From Diadema antillarum (taxonomy: Eukaryota), in the NCBI RefSeq assembly GCF_040938485.1, contig NW_027270972.1:558001-622000 (forward strand): a DNA stretch of 64,000 bases, written 5' to 3'. Shown in pieces: positions 48,801 through 62,369 of this stretch. The position numbers were made by a program, and so were the translations under genes. The notes beneath the pieces are model-generated. The model did no database searches, was not told the origin of the DNA, and saw only the letters and a program-made list of their open reading frames with translations. Every line of letters begins with the position of its first letter. Position 1 is the first letter of the stretch.

Positions 48801-51734
48801 TTTTGGAAAATATGCAATGTTATGAAACATAAAAGACAAATGCTGTATTTCGACTGATATTTTCTTTTTCCATTCAGTAACTGATGAGTCACGGCATGCT
48901 CTGAAACAAACTTTAATTGCCGAATAGTTTGGTGGGTGTTTTTTTTTTCCAAGATAGAAGGTAATCCGTGCTATTACAGGGCTCGACATATCGGTGTCCC
49001 GGGGACCACTAAAATTGATGACCAGCCACCAAATTTCCAAAAGTTTTTTTTTCTTTCTGTGTTTGTGGCTCGATCGGGGCATGTAAGATTCAAAATCAAG
49101 TTGTTATTATGAAGGTGAACATTTCCTTTTAATTGTGGACCACCACAATCTCAAATTAAAATTTTTTAGTCTTGGGCCATCAGAGAAAAATGTTCGTGTT
49201 GAGAAGTATGTATACCGGCATCAGAACAGATTTCTAACAACTAACAATTCTATCCAATTAAGTTCAAGGTAAACAAATATGTAATGATATCACGGGAAAA
49301 AGCGATATTGTGTACCAGTATATTACTTGAAACGAGATAACGAATAAGGAACGCATAATAAATAGATTTTGGACTTTTGTAAAATTTTGATGCAATGCTC
49401 TTATGGTTAAATGACAGGGCCTTCAGTTGAGATGATTGTAAACTTAAAGTGAACTTAATCATGTGACAAACATTTATTCTATAATAGGTCTATATAATTA
49501 TGATTTTCTTGTTTTCGCTAGATGCTGCTGATCATAATGAATTATTATGAATGAGGTTGACAATTATCTTACTTGATAAAGATCTACAATAATTTTTTAT
49601 GATGGGGGCAATCAAACAGCGATCGTATATACAATTTGTAATTATTTCTGGCGTGTACACTGCTGAGTTATATCTTAACATTATTGTTTTTACTCTTTTG
49701 TTAAACCCTTTCTGTGCCAGTGACCATTGGACAGTGCACATGCGGCGTTTCTGCCACATTACATATTCTGGAGGCTAATCGTAACGCGAATAACGCACTA
49801 TTTTTTTTTTTTTTTTTTTTTAATGGCAAGTAGTAGTAGCTGCAGCTGAAACTCATGAACGAAGCGTGTTGCTCAAACAACAATGCAGGCCTACTGATGC
49901 TAAAATCGCGTGATCGGTGGATCGCCCGGCCTCCAAGGCCGTCCATAATGAGTCGATCTACACTGACTACAGAATACATGCTGGCACAGGCATGGGCATA
50001 CTATTATCCTGGTAGTATACTGGTATCGACAGGTTATGGGTTCTCTTTCATCTTTAATTTTTTCTTCAAAGAGCCAGATGTGGGTGTATGTTGGCGTGGA
50101 GACCTCCCTCCCCCTTTTACGCTACCTCTGCATTACGATAAGTTTCCGCAGAAAATATCCATGTATTGTAGGTCGATGATCATGAATTGCTCACGTGTGC
50201 CGCTTTTACAGAATCCGATCTCGGCAATGCCAATACGACTGCAATTTGCGGGAAAATAATAATCTGATTGCAGCGAGAGAGGGCGCAAATCAACGGAAGG
50301 CTCTGGTTCTGCTCTGGTTCTGCTGCCTGCATGCTGTCAACAACTGAATAAATTTTATCACAATGTTGCAACTGATTTTGATATGACAAGTGTGTGCTCT
50401 CAGGGCGTGCTATGCCGAACTCGGTAATGATTTAGTGTGGTTAACACATCGTGAAGTGTGAGCGATAAAGTAGAATTGTAACAGTGACGACCATTATGTC
50501 ACTGAAAAGGGGACACATCAATATTTTTATTTAGAGAGTGTATCCGCGCAGTTAGGAATTATAGGAGATTATTTTACTTCTGTTAGTATACACACGTTCA
50601 TTGATTGAAGCAGAGGACATTTTTTTTTTTCTGACAACCCTTGTTAAGGCTATAAGAATCTCTAGGAACAGGAAGACGCAATAGAATGTGTGATATGTTC
50701 TCTGTTAGACTGTTAGTAATAGTATCTTGACAATTTCAAATGTTGGAGAAAATGCCAGCACATAGACACAGGTAATAGGCCTGTTAAAAAAAAAAGCGAG
50801 AGCGGCGAGGAACTTGGTCAAATTGCTCCATGACTGATAATTAGGCCTTTATAGGATGACACAAAACACACATTCCCCAATAATAAGTAAGTTCAGTCTT
50901 GAAAAAAAGCTATCCAGTTTTCCATTCACTATTTTTCCCAAAAGAGGAAGAAAAAAAAAAATCTGCTAGTAGCCTATACATACTCAGCAAAAGTATACCC
51001 GGCGCCCGGCTAATGTCTCCACGCAACGAAAGCATGGTCGTGCGTCGTAAGAAGGTCGTAAGCTCGTATTGAGCTTTAAACAGACAAACAAAGAACAAAA
51101 CGTTTAAAGGGCGATGGTTCGGTTTTATAGAGACCGTGCCCTTATTCCTATCCAAGGGCTGTGCAATAAGACATTACGTACTGGTATAAGCTAAGTTGCA
51201 CAATTGGGTCGATTCTTGAATGGCTAGACAAAATACTAGTATAATGTGGGGAAACTTGCTGGCAAGCTTTCTTGTTGGGATGGGAGGATAACGTTTATCA
51301 GTTCTTGATTTTGATTTTGGTGCATACAGTTTAACAGTGTAAATTTACATAAGCTTTTTTTTTCTATTTCATGTTGATTTAAAGTCAATTCACTCGGTGA
51401 CAAGAAAATTGTTTCTCGTGCGACGATTACTAGTATGTTATTTTCATTTTGACCTCAAAAGTGCAATGTAGATGTTCAATCACACCCTACTAGTAATAGG
51501 TGGAGGAACTGAATAAATTAGAATATCTCCTCTACATTCAGCAGATATGATCGCGTGGTTCACGATGATATACGAGTGCATGTATGTACCCTATGCAAGA
51601 AAGAGGCATACAAAAGCGATCAGCTGTGCCTACTTTGTCAAAACTAGGTCAAGAGGTGGAACCATGCTCCAGTGTACCCGCAGCTTATGAATAATAATTA
51701 TTTACATGCGCGAGGAGGTTCCGCTACGAGGTTC

Positions 51735-51815
51735 CTATTGGTTGACTTTGCGCCGTCAGGGAACCTCGGACTCCTTTAGAAATGTCTGATTGGGCAGATC
51801 ACGTATTTCACGTGT
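51735..51815. promoter_or_regulatory. Candidate upstream promoter of the PPP1R3 gene (two reverse CCAAT boxes, E-box CACGTG)
   Basis: ATTGG at 51737 and 51789, CACGTG at 51809, locally CpG-rich. Position only; no transcript evidence. Confidence 0.3.
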
Positions 51816-53361
51816 TGGCCTGGAATATGTTGATGAGGTTGCGTTCAATATATCGTAGGGGTGATTGTTGACTGTGATTGTTGTTCAAATTTCTTTTTTT
51901 TTTTATTTCTCAGATATCCAGAGGTGATGGATATGAAAGAGTTTCAAATATTGAATGTATTTCCACTCAAGCTTCTCGTATGTAAGAAGGTGAAGTCATC
52001 ATGTTAAGAAAAAGATATTCATTTTTTTTAGGTCTGTTTTAAAATGGACGAGACTCAACAGCTAGCCGATCAATTCACCCAGCTCAACGCTGGAATCGTC
52101 GGTCGTGACCTTGTGACGCGCACGCACGGGCTTTTACATGAACAACACATGCAGAACATGTGTGTATGCATTTTCCTCGTCGTGAGTTGTGGATCTAACG
52201 AATGAGCTTGCACCCTTGTCGCTGGCTGGCTAGCTAGCATGCATACTGATTGCCGTACATAGCCGGAGGTACGTACGGCGGCCGTTGTCACGCAGTTCAT
52301 TGAATGTCTGAAGTGATACCAAAGTTCTACCGGCTGCCGACTGAACTTTATCCCAGGCTCTGTGTGTCACCGAATAATAAATAGATTCAACTTTATTCTG
52401 CTTTTGTAGAAGGCAGTCCAACGAATTGTACCCTAACACCGTCGAAAAGAGACGTCTGCAATATCACAAACGCTGTTTGCTTCTCGTCTCACATTGCATT
52501 GCTGGATGCATCGTTCGTCTTCTAACAATTAGTGTTGACAAACCCAGAGAAACTGATCCAGGAATGAATGTGACGCGACGTGAGGTGAGCTCTTTTGGCG
52601 TTTGCTATCCTGGTTAGTGACCAGTGTTTTGCTTTGTTCTGTTTTTGATTTAAAGCTCTCTGTCTTCATCTTCATTTACATGCTAGGAATAGAACGTTCA
52701 CCTTAGTCGAGCCAGAAGACCAGTCTCTGCTCTGCGAGTTCATACCGTAGGCCCGGGCCGTGGGCCGGGGTTAGCGCCTTGTGCCGTGGATGTACATAAG
52801 GCATCGAGGAATAAAATTCATGTCCGACTACTGTCCAGTACTGGTACTAGCACTACCACTACTACTATTCCGAGTCTCACTCGCCTCAAATTGTCACGCA
52901 GCGTGAGCTGAACTAAAGAAAAGATTCCCTTTCACTCAGTCTCAGTCTTTACTAATACTAACTGTGTTCAGTAGTAGTCAAGTCAATCAACTCATCACTG
53001 AGATGATATGATGATAGATCACATTGAACTGCAAATCTTTTCTGTTGCACATATGTGACGCAATACATACATGCATGTACACTTGATAGTTGTACAAACT
53101 ACAATTGTAGTTTTGTACAAAGGACAGTGTTGTTGACTGTGCTGTATCTGTGAAACTCTGAATCAATAGTGATATATAGGCATAAAGATATCTTTTATAC
53201 ATATCTTTCAGTTTATGCTTTCATTTTTTAATGGTACTAACTTAGGGAAATTCTCACTGGTTACCTTGTTTTTGGTCTTTGATTTATCACAGAATGGTGT
53301 ATGGAGAACTTCACTGAATGTTGTCGTCTAACCATCAAGAAGAGATTAACCACTGTGGGAT

Positions 53362-54432
53362 ATGCCAGCCAGAGAGAGTGTTGGCAGTGTGCTGTTTGAG
53401 ATGCCTGTAAACACACTAATGCTCAGTGCTAGTCCCCCGGGCTTTGGCCACAGTTTTCCTGCAGGTCCATCACCATTCCTGTCGCGCAGGACCCCAGTCC
53501 ACAGTGGTTTCAACATGGGGTTTGGCAGGAAGGGGGATCTCCTGCAGCACCTACAGAGGAACAAGACCATGTTACCCTTGCGATCGTGCATCAAGTCTGA
53601 AACAGTTCTCACCAATGGAATTTCCAACGGGCACTCAGAATCTGCAAAGGGCAGCGCAGAGGAAGATCAGTGCAGAAATGAAAGGAACAGTATGAAGTCT
53701 GTACACGGTGTGGACATGAGGAGGGAAACTATTGAGAGAGTTAGCAATGGAACACCTTGCCCAGAGAAAAGGAAAAAGAGGGTGTGTTTTGCAGACAGCA
53801 AAGGACTGTCATTACAGACCGTGAAATACATGGATGGACCCAGCAACATGCCACCCAAACTGCACATCCATCTGATTCAGGATGTGACAGAGGGAGCGGA
53901 GGCAAATCCTACACATCCTTTCTCATATGTGCCAGAGTTTGATCAGCCAGCATCAAATTACCTCGAGTTTCGGGACAGGTTAGAGCAGGAGTGTGTGTGT
54001 CTCGAAAACGTTTTGATCAAGGACAACATCACCGTGGTGGGAACCATCAAGGTGAAAAACATTGCCTTTGAGAAGGCGGTGGTTGTGCGTGTAACTTTCG
54101 ACGACTGGACGTCTCACACCGATGTGCAAGCTTCATATGTGGTTCCGAGTCAGCCATCCAACTCGCGCGACAAGTACGACACTTTCTCCTTCAGTTTGGA
54201 CATACCGCCGAACCTTGGTGGGAGAACATTCGAGTTCTGCATCAACTATACCTCACAGTGCAAGAGCTTCTGGGATAATAACCGTGGGAATAATTACAAG
54301 ATAGTCACGGACAAGAAGAAGGAGTTTGTTCGGAACAAGCAGCAGCTCTCCTTCGAGAGCTTGAGTGGATCCCATCCGTGGGGACAGTTTTCATACTGGC
54401 ATGTTGCTCAGGAGGAAAGGCCTTACTGGTGA
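53362..54432 (+). CDS. PPP1R3B/C: Protein phosphatase 1 glycogen-targeting regulatory subunit 3 (PPP1R3B/C-like), 356 aa, single coding exon
   Basis: PP1-binding RVxF motif KKRVCFAD; CBM21 motifs GTIKVKNIAFEKAVVVRVTFDDW and WDNNRGNNY; in-frame stops upstream of the ATG; splice acceptor at 53291-53292. Confidence 0.96.
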   Translation: MPARESVGSVLFEMPVNTLMLSASPPGFGHSFPAGPSPFLSRRTPVHSGFNMGFGRKGDLLQHLQRNKTMLPLRSCIKSETVLTNGISNGHSESAKGSAEEDQCRNERNSMKSVHGVDMRRETIERVSNGTPCPEKRKKRVCFADSKGLSLQTVKYMDGPSNMPPKLHIHLIQDVTEGAEANPTHPFSYVPEFDQPASNYLEFRDRLEQECVCLENVLIKDNITVVGTIKVKNIAFEKAVVVRVTFDDWTSHTDVQASYVVPSQPSNSRDKYDTFSFSLDIPPNLGGRTFEFCINYTSQCKSFWDNNRGNNYKIVTDKKKEFVRNKQQLSFESLSGSHPWGQFSYWHVAQEERPYW

Positions 54433-55355
54433 CACAGGCGAGCAGCCAAAGAAATGTTGAAATTTAAATTTATATGAAAAGATCACTGCACAGTATACCG
54501 ATACTCACTAATGATGTGATTATGTTAACTCATTGAACCTTACTTATCAGTTTTTTTGAAAGAGGTGCGCAGTTTGCCAATAGTGACTGGCTCTGTGAGG
54601 CAGTGTGTATTAATGTGTGGTTATGAATCAGCAATACTTACCATTAGGCGATCCTGTTATTTTCCTCCATGTACCAGTATTTCAGTTAAAGAAAGAATGA
54701 AAGAAAAAAAAAAAAAAAAACCAACACTACACTTCCAGGGCAGCACGACTGCAGACTTCATTTGCACAACTTCTTTAGTTAGCGTGGTGGCACAGTACAA
54801 GGATATGGTGTTGCATGTAGCACACTATTCATCTGAATGCGTGATAGGTTTGCTGCTGTGTTGCTGTACAGTAAGTGCCAAACAAGCTTTTGTTCATTTC
54901 AGTTTATCTTGCTTGGGTACTAAAACTTAAAAGCAGTATTAATTGTTTTGGGTTTGTTTGGTTTCCCCCAGGATGTGTACTATACTTTCACAATGTACAA
55001 TTGCTGGTGCACTTCTCTGAAGTTTGTAGAAACTGAATTAATATAGGCCTACCCTGTTCCTCATTTCAGTCATCATTGACACCAGTAGCAGAGTACAGTA
55101 CATGTACATACTACCATTCTGTCTATAAATCACAAAGTTTTTTAACCAAGCGTTCATCACTGAAAAAAAATAAAAAGTTGTCATTAGTAGTTCTTATTTC
55201 TTTGTCATTGAATGACTGCACTCACCTGTCCTTGGTGTTAACTCCCATAGCAAATTCCTTTGCACAGCAACTCAATGACTTTATATGATATATGCTCCAA
55301 GATACATACCCCAGGAGCTACCCTTTCTGTTTTCTTTGTTCTTTTGAGATGGGGA

Positions 55356-55463
55356 TTGTAATGATATTTTTTAGGAAGTAGTAGGGCAGAGGTTGTAATG
55401 ATATTTTGTAGGAAGTTGTAGGGCAGAGATTGTAATGATATTTTGTAGGAAGTTGTAGGGCAA
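55356..55463. repeat. 37-bp tandem repeat, about 2.9 copies
   Basis: TTGTAATGATATTTTGTAGGAAGTTGTAGGGCAGAGA units starting near 55356, 55393, 55430. Confidence 0.9.
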
Positions 55464-58400
55464 ACGCTTGTTGCCTATCCTGTTGGGAGCTCAGATCCAA
55501 AATTGCCTGTCCCTAAAACTGGCGAAATTCGAGGCCTGTTCTTTCCTCCCTCGTAGTTCTCTACCCCCACAAACAAAAACAACAACAAAAACAGATGCAC
55601 TCACAAACAAGACACAAATCTTTTATAATGTGTGCAAATTGTGTGAGTGTTATGGTGTGGAACTTGATGTGGTCATTGTTATTGGTAGCAGTAAAGAGCT
55701 AAGTGGCTTGACCACTATTTGTTGCATGAAGCCCTTTTGGCACCTGTACTTAGGCATGCATTGGCATTATTCATTTAACTTTGTTTGCCACACATATGGG
55801 AACTTACATAGTTAGTTTGCTCGTTTCATTTGAATTTTAACTTTGTGCAATGTGATTGTATGATCCACTGAAATCTATTCGAAAATGAAACTCTCTAGGG
55901 CCTACATACAATGTAGTTAGCACTGTAAATTATTATCTATAAAGTTGGACAGTCCATTTGTGTTGTCACAATGCTACTCAATTTTCAAAGTACATTGTAC
56001 ATGTTCCCAAATTCAGTACAATGTACAAACACTGGTTTCACATATTTCATGTGAAACCTCTTTCAAAATTATAGGGAGTACATTGTAGGTACGGTATAAA
56101 CACAGAATTTCAACAGAATGGCCCTTGCACCTGGCTACATTGGAGAGAAAGTTGCTGTTGACAGAAAAAGTAAAATGCTAAGTCCCAGGGGCCAGTGCAA
56201 TGTCTTCTTTGTCTTCTGAACCACAACTGGATGCCGTTGGTGTGAAGAAAGTCAATTGGCAAGAGTAGGATTGAATCACTTTTTTTTTCTCATTGGCTAC
56301 ACAGTCTCCATAAGGAGACAGCACAGGCTGCAAAATGTGTGTTAAATATCTTTGATCACAGGAATTGGCTGCTACTGTATGAAAACAAAAACTTTGACTT
56401 CTTCCTAGTGGTGATGAGAATTATTCCTTATAAGGGGAAGGTGTGATAACATCTTGATGTCTTGCCTAATGTAGCGATTTTGTGTACGTATGGACTGTTC
56501 CACAGGTGAACTGTAGGTGCCACTTGCATTTCTTGTAATGCTTAGACGGAAGCTCATCTGAAGTCGGACAAGAGACTTGAATTACCGTTAGAAGGTCTAA
56601 GGTTCACACACATGCACACCAAACAACTGAACAGGTCATAAAGAAATTATGTGTGCTGTATGGTACTAGTGCTCAGTTCTGGCTGCAGTGAGTTCCTGTA
56701 ATTCAAACCATCATTTCCTACTACATGGACAAGAGTGAATAATTCAATATGGAGCTGAACTCACACCTCTGTAGCAATTGATGTACACCTTTGAAGATTG
56801 CAATGCTATAGAAAGTCTGTCATAAACACATGCCCAGATGTGCACCTTGGTAAAATTAAACTTTGTACCAGCAGTGTATACAGTATTAGAACGCAAGGCC
56901 AGAGCAAGAGATGTTGTCTACTTTGGTTACATTGGAGCTCCCTATTCAATGCTCAGTTTTTGTACTACAATTGTACTTTTAGTTATTGGAAGAAAAATAT
57001 TTTGCTGTGTGGAGAACAGACAAGCATGTACACACTTAATGTATTAAGTGTACAAGACATACACATATCTGGGTTGACTTGCCTTGGTGGAAATGGTGAA
57101 CTGCAGTTTCACACCAACAGTGTACACAGTACATGTACATGTATGTAAATGGTGAATTCATGTATTCCTATTCTCTTCTCTTTTTTTTGGGGGGGGGGGG
57201 GGGGAGAGGGGCATTGGCATAAATTCTGAAGATATGAGCTGATGTGATGTGATATTTACTCTCTCGTGGACACAGTTTTTGTGTATATTTTCAAACTATC
57301 TTGTGGCTCAGACCATGGAGCAGCTCCATGCTCAGACAGAGAACCACTAGTCATTGAGAGGTATTAGGATCCATCATCCTGAAGTACAGAACTTGTAATC
57401 TCCAATCTTGAATAGTTTAATTGTCAACAATTATCATGGTATAGATATGCTTTACAAAAAACAATCAAGCAAAACTCAAGGAGGCTGTTTCCAAGTATGC
57501 ATCTTTTATACTTAGCACAACTCAGTACATGTATGAACCAGTTTGTGAATGGCTGTCCATGATGTTCAGTATGAACGATTGTGTGTCCTCAGAGTGATGT
57601 GTATCATGCATTTTTTATGTACTGTTCAGCACGGCATTTCACCATACTGGTAAAAAGCTGTCGAGAATCGTGGTGGGGAAAAACTTGAAAGAGAAGCAGA
57701 ATGCAAGTAACCACAAAGGATAATGAAAGTGTTATCTGATGTTGAGTCTTGTTGGAAGCAGATTAACGTCCGTAACAACCTTTCTCTTAAAAGAAAACTT
57801 GTTTGAGGTTATTCTGCATGCCTGTCAGAATGTGCTCTGACTTTATGCACGAGAGCCAGAATAATAAGCAACTTATCCAAGAAGCAGAGTGATGCATACT
57901 ATACCAGAGTAAAGCAGCAGAAAGATTGTTAACATTCATGTGTGTGAATTAGTGTCCGACCATTTTGCGCGTTTCAATCATGAATATTTCATTTTGATAG
58001 AGCTTTAGAAAGCATGTGGACCACAAGTTACTGTATGTCTTATGCAAATGAATGGCAGGATGAAAGTATTGGTATTTGGGTTTAGAGTATGCATTTTCAC
58101 CTGTGACCCCTCCCTTTTCCCCAGCCACCTCATTTACTTGTTTTCTACACCTGTATGTCTTCACGACTCATCCTTACCCAACAGACTGCACTGCAGTCTA
58201 GTGACCCGAAGAAACAGTATGCAAGCATGCTGTTTTCCTAAATTTACTAAATTACTGTTGGTTGTTTTAATTTCATTTTGAATGATTGAAATGTTCTATC
58301 CAGGGTGCTTATTAATGTAAGTTCAGTGTGACAACTTTCTGGACAAATAAACTCCCACAACCATGCGATTACACGGTACATGACGATGTACAATGTCGTG

Positions 58401-61094
58401 GCCTGCTTTTGGGTAAAGGGGGGGGGGGGGACCCTGCATGCATATCAGTGAAAGATTATGAACATGACGAGAACCTATGGTTCATCATCACATATGTCAA
58501 ATCTTTTTCTTGTTTATTTCAAAGGCACAAAATCATATTGAGAAACTGTATACAGCAGTATTAGAAAGGGGTTTGGGCCCCATCATTTTCCTCGAGCCGA
58601 GTAAAAAGAAAATACTTATGGGCATTCATGTGAAGACATTCTCAAACTTGTGCATGTCGTTTCTGTTGTCCATTGAGTTGTGACTACAGCACTAAAGTCA
58701 TTTAGTTACACAAGGAAGTAAATGACTCCAAAAATAAATCATGTCCTGATTTGTGGAATGCAAGTCTTAGTGGAACTATGAAGTGGTACACACTAGACCG
58801 TTCTGCTGTCTTGGCAAAGTGTTGCAAGTCTTTTGTTCACTTCAGCAGCGGTTTCTATATTACATTTATGCGTTTTGTGTTCTGCGTTCCGTATCAAGAG
58901 AAGTATGTACCAGTTTTGCTACTACACTTGATACATGTATTCAGACTTATAGATTTTTGTGGCTCACATTTTGTATGTAGCCTATTTCACTTGATCCTTT
59001 CAATTATGTATGTGTTGTTTTTTTTTTATGGCTGAAATTGTGTTTACACATAGTAAGTAGGGTTGGTCTTTGATAATTGGGCAAGCTTATATTGTTACAA
59101 AATGTATTATCTGTGTTGAATTTCTGAAATGACACACAGAAATTTGCTATTTCATCAGTAAACAGGTTTATTGACAGGTGTGTTGTAATCTCTCTCATGG
59201 CTTACAAAGTGTATCACTTTTCATAATCATACTGGCGAGTGTTACCCTAGCCATTTACCAGAGTGCCAGTACACACTTAAACTTTGGTTCTCATACACTT
59301 GTAACATGTGTATCCCACAGAGGACTGTCAAACAATGTTTGATTTCATGTGTTCAAATTTGAGCATTTTTGTTTGCCAATGAAGTGCGAGATGTATCAGT
59401 GTATCGCTTTGCTGTACATCGTACTGTAGTTCTTGGGTGCCGTGATCTTCAGAATTGAGGTAGACCTACATCAGTAAGATGAACAAATTGCGGAGTACAG
59501 TTTAGTTTCTGGTTTGTGGAACTTGCATGTGATTGGAGGTTGGATTGCTTTATTGGAAGAGTGAGGAAAAGGGGAATTCTATTTTTCGAGTATGGATATT
59601 GTATTGTGTAACAAGAATTAAATGAGATTGAAATTGTTTTGTATTATGAAGATGAGAAAGGATTGTTTTAGATTGTGGTACGCAAGAATAAATTGTACCA
59701 AACTTGAATAAACATGACTGTGTGACAAGATATTTATTTCCAGCTTCATGTCGCTTGGATTGCCAGAAATATTGTGTTGGTCGTGAGAACAAAGATCACT
59801 AACATTGAAATGTTTTTACACGTAGCGTTCTTGTTTCACATTACATGATCAAAAAGGAGTGAGAGAGACATACATGAAAGTTGATGTACAGAATGTTTAA
59901 AAGTACTGTATACGTAGTAGATCTACTAGGATCTGTGTACAGCTGTATGTGTGAGATGGTGAAGTTGTGGTAAGCATAGAATACAGTTGTAGTGTATCTC
60001 CATTACAACTGACTGTCAAAAGAAGGCATGCTTACGCAAACGTGACGTCAACTGTTTCTTGTATCTGTAACAATACATTAGAATAGAGTAGCCGTTCATG
60101 CAAGGAAAGAGTTTTGTATTACACTTAGAAAACAGAAAAGGCCCGCAAGGGTGCCACACAGCACTGGAATCGTTCAAGTTTGAATGGACGTTTGTCTTTC
60201 TTGGTACGTGTGCGTGTATAAACCTACAACTGCAGATAGATCACATCACATTCCACACAGTTAATGACCTTTACCCTGCTGGCAGTACGTAACATGTAGT
60301 ACTTTGATCGAGACACATTCAAAAATAGTTGGGAGACGGCGTGAATCCCACCATTTGATCAGAGATACGAAAGTAGACCTTTGACTTTCTGGTTGTTGGT
60401 TGATATGATTCATTCTCGTTGGGCTTTGTCCGAGTAAACGTTCAAATCGTAAGGAATGATTGTTGATTGTGTTTGCTGAATACGTACTACAATTGTACAT
60501 ACACTGTACAGTGTGTAGTACATTGTAATCCTATTACATAGTGGGATTCACACTGGATTACGTTTAAAAAGAATACTGGTTATTTCTCCGGCAGAAGACC
60601 TTGGATACTATTAGTTTATCGTTCATAGGATCCTTCTTATCTCAGAATCTGGTACTTTCTTATTTGTGATGGCATTAGATCGTTTTGGAGATACTGCCGT
60701 GGATAATTCACTCGTTGAAATACATAAGTACTGTGTATAGTGCGTTGGCTGCTGACAGTGCTGTCAAAAAGAAAGATCCTATGACCTACACTACTACGCT
60801 GGAATCCTGGATTAGTATTTACACTTCATGGGATTCCATTCGCATTACACAGCTTGTCAAACTGCTGCTAGTCTAGATTCCGAACATTAAATCAACACTT
60901 TTTCAAATCGAATATTGTGCAGCAGAAATTCGGTACAATATAAGGAGATCCTTGGGACCAAGACAGTTTGTTCTTTATTTCAGATATTTTGTTATATCAG
61001 TAGTCAATAAACAATTAAAAAACAAAGGAAATAAATTTAGCGGGACCGGAAAAATTAGTTTGTTGTATCGGGGGGGGGGGGGGGGGGGGGGGGG

Positions 61095-61229
61095 GGGGAT
61101 TTCATGAAGCGCTTTGGTCGGAGACTTTTCTGACAAACTGTTACAAACTACAGAAATCCTTGCATCTGATTGGCTGAGAGCAAATTTGTCCGACAAATTT
61201 GTCGGACAAGATGCTTCATGAAATTCCCA
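61095..61229. mobile_element. Harbinger-like MITE related to 23907-24042
   Basis: GGGATTTCATGAAGC...GCTTCATGAAATTCCC; shares the ATCTGATTGGCTGA core. Confidence 0.7.
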
Positions 61230-62369
61230 CAGGTATTTTGTCATCAGATATCTTTATATCAACTTCCACTGTACTAACAGACAGAACCGCACACACAGAC
61301 ACAGACACACACACACACATCTATCGATTCGGGATGGCGGGTTACAGACAAGGCGTATCCTGTGCATAGGTGTGATAGCCACTTTAATTAGCCCATTGAT
61401 CCACTTGTTTTGATTTCTTTTGTAAGTATGAGGTATGGAGCCCAGACTACTTAGCCGCGACCGTAGAGATGGGTCTGGGCCGTTCACATAGGTACACAAG
61501 AACCTACATGCTGTATTTACAAACGTTTCTAGAAACACTTCCACGCTTATCCACGTAAATTTTGCTAAAATTATGTTTTCCATCGAAATTTCTCAATTTG
61601 GCTATTCTCGGCCTAGTACATGATATTTCTCCGGCTTGCAAAGAGGTTCTTAAAAAAAAAATACAAATCATCATACGCCACATACATTCTGATTCGAATG
61701 AAGCGCTTTTATCTTTTTCCTAGTACAATGTTAAAACGTACAGTGACGAAATTCATTTCTGAAGTGACTCTATGATAATTTTGAATATACAACATATTTG
61801 TAAAATGGAATTGCTTTGTTCTTTAGTTTATGAGATGTTATTGCATTTATTGGGCGAATGATGAAACGATATTGGTTAACAGGTATATTTTTCAATCTGA
61901 CACACGATTGGTGTTAAAGATTCGCGTTTCAGACGAGATTTTTGTTGCAGTTCGGAAGCGAGCACTGAAGATAATAACTTCGCGCGAAATTTTGTCATTG
62001 TGACCGACAGGTCAGAATCAGCTGGCCCGCGACGCAGGGAGTCAAACAATCTCGCCGCCGCCTACACTGCACAGCAGGCCTTTTATACTTGGTATTTAGT
62101 GACCTCATAACTATACAGGATAGTGACATTGTAGCATGCATGTTGAAGTAATCGTTCTGCAGAGGGTATAAAAAGCTATGTGAGTGGTCTGTCCGTCGCA
62201 TAACACAGTGAAGGACAGTATAGGGAAGGCCATTTTTTCTCACTGTCAAGATCCTTCATCGAGGGAGCACCTCCCTGATTGAGGTATGCCTATAATAGTT
62301 TTTCCTTAGGCATTCTGAATACTCGTATCCATTCTTTTCTTTTCTTTTCTTTTCTTTTCTCGGAGTTAA

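Noticed and set aside
51800-51814. Possible ChREBP carbohydrate-response element upstream of PPP1R3
   Set aside because: CACGTA and CACGTG are 3 nt apart; a ChoRE needs two E-box-like halves 5 nt apart.
60043-60050. Perfect CRE TGACGTCA
   Set aside because: A single 8-mer is expected by chance about once in 64 kb and no promoter is evident nearby.
61071-61098. Long poly-G/poly-C tracts (also about 1935, 6437, 32829, 38988) as G-quadruplex regulatory elements
   Set aside because: Mostly parts of repeat termini or homopolymers whose length is unreliable in assemblies; no independent support.
62262-62277. AGGGAG-CACCTCCCTG, resembling the CAGGGAGGTG footprints
   Set aside because: Left arm incomplete and no flanking 7-bp duplication; not counted as a family member.
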